A stretch of 64,000 nucleotides of DNA from Malacoraja senta (lineage: Eukaryota): contig CM075991.1 of the NCBI GenBank assembly GCA_038087875.1, positions 4,588,001 through 4,652,000 of the forward strand, written 5' to 3'. Both the position numbers and the translations under genes were made by a program. Below, piece after piece: positions 63,180 through 64,000 of this stretch (positions are counted from its first letter, which is position 1; each line of letters begins with the position of its first letter). Below the pieces are notes generated by a model. The model made no database searches. It saw only the letters and a list, made by a program, of their open reading frames with translations, and was not told the DNA's origin.

Positions 63180-64000
63180 TTCTGCCTACAGGCAGCAATT
63201 GAAGAGCACACCCCCAGAGGTGTGGACTGTGCAGAGCTGGTCGGTGGGGGGGGGGGGGGGCAAGAGGAACAACTCCTGGACTGTTTGGAGTCTATAGACT
63301 GGGCAATGTTCAGGGACTCGGCAACGGACCTGAATGAATATGCCACAGTCGCTACAGTCTTCATAAAGAAATGTGTGGAGGACTGCATCCCAACAAAAAC
63401 CTTCCGAGTGTTTCCTAATCAGAAGCCTTGGATGAACCATGAGATCCGCATTTTTCTGAAGACCAGATCTCGGGCATTCAGGTCTGGTGATATCAAGGCT
63501 CGGTGAGGGACGACCACAGTCTAGGGTCCTTCCGCTGCTGGACATGGGGGGGCAGGGTGTGGTGGAGACGCCCCTCAAAATAAGGGAAGGGATTCCACGC
63601 CGGTGGGCCACATGAGTGCCAAGGGTGGGGTACAAATTTGTGATATTTGAGCAATGTATGTAGACTGTATTGAACAATTTGTAAAGCTTCCTAAAATGTC
63701 GGATGAATTTTTTGCACAGTTCATGTATTGTATATATTTATTACCTGAATAAAGTCTATTTTGAAATAAAAAAATTCTACAGCTCAGCATTTAATACTAT
63801 TATTCCCTCCAAGCTGGTTATCAAGCTCTCAGACCTGGGTCTCTGCGCATCCATCTGCAATTGGACCCTCGACTTCCTCATGCATAGACCACAGTCTGTC
63901 CGTATCGGTGGAAATGTGTCATCCTCGATAACAATCAGCACGGGAGCACCTCAAGGCTGCGTGCTCAGCCCCCTGCTGTACTCACTCTATACTCATGACT
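63180..64000 (+). mobile_element. Rex1/Babar-type LINE fragments with internal deletion and an inserted poly(A) element
   Basis: LDCLESIDWAMF..FIKKCVEDCIP..FPNQKPWM, then from ~63781 [41 protein letters not shown]; ~63505-63775 is a separate AATAAA/poly(A)-ending piece. Confidence 0.85.

Overview
Vertebrate genomic DNA, very probably a cartilaginous fish (skate/ray-like, inferred from the repeat families). The only host protein-coding gene I can support is RHOBTB2 on the minus strand: four coding exons at 10632-10441, 5840-5737, 3833-3648 and 2366-1376, continuing off the left edge, with a candidate CpG/CCAAT promoter near 28.7 kb. As written, exon 4 carries at least three frame disruptions. 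A 41-bp copy of that exon, captured inside an intronic palindromic repeat, retains one of the missing bases. The rest is mostly transposable elements: a structurally complete but partly degraded DIRS tyrosine-recombinase retrotransposon (40277-45065), at least eight Harbinger-type MITEs (some nested), many tRNA-derived SINEs, CR1/L2/L1/Rex1/Penelope fragments, a solo LTR, an unclassified 1-kb TIR element, and a very abundant ~100-bp Penelope-related element with a hammerhead-ribozyme-like core and long target-site duplications (TSDs). Family names come from my recognition of motifs, not from database searches.
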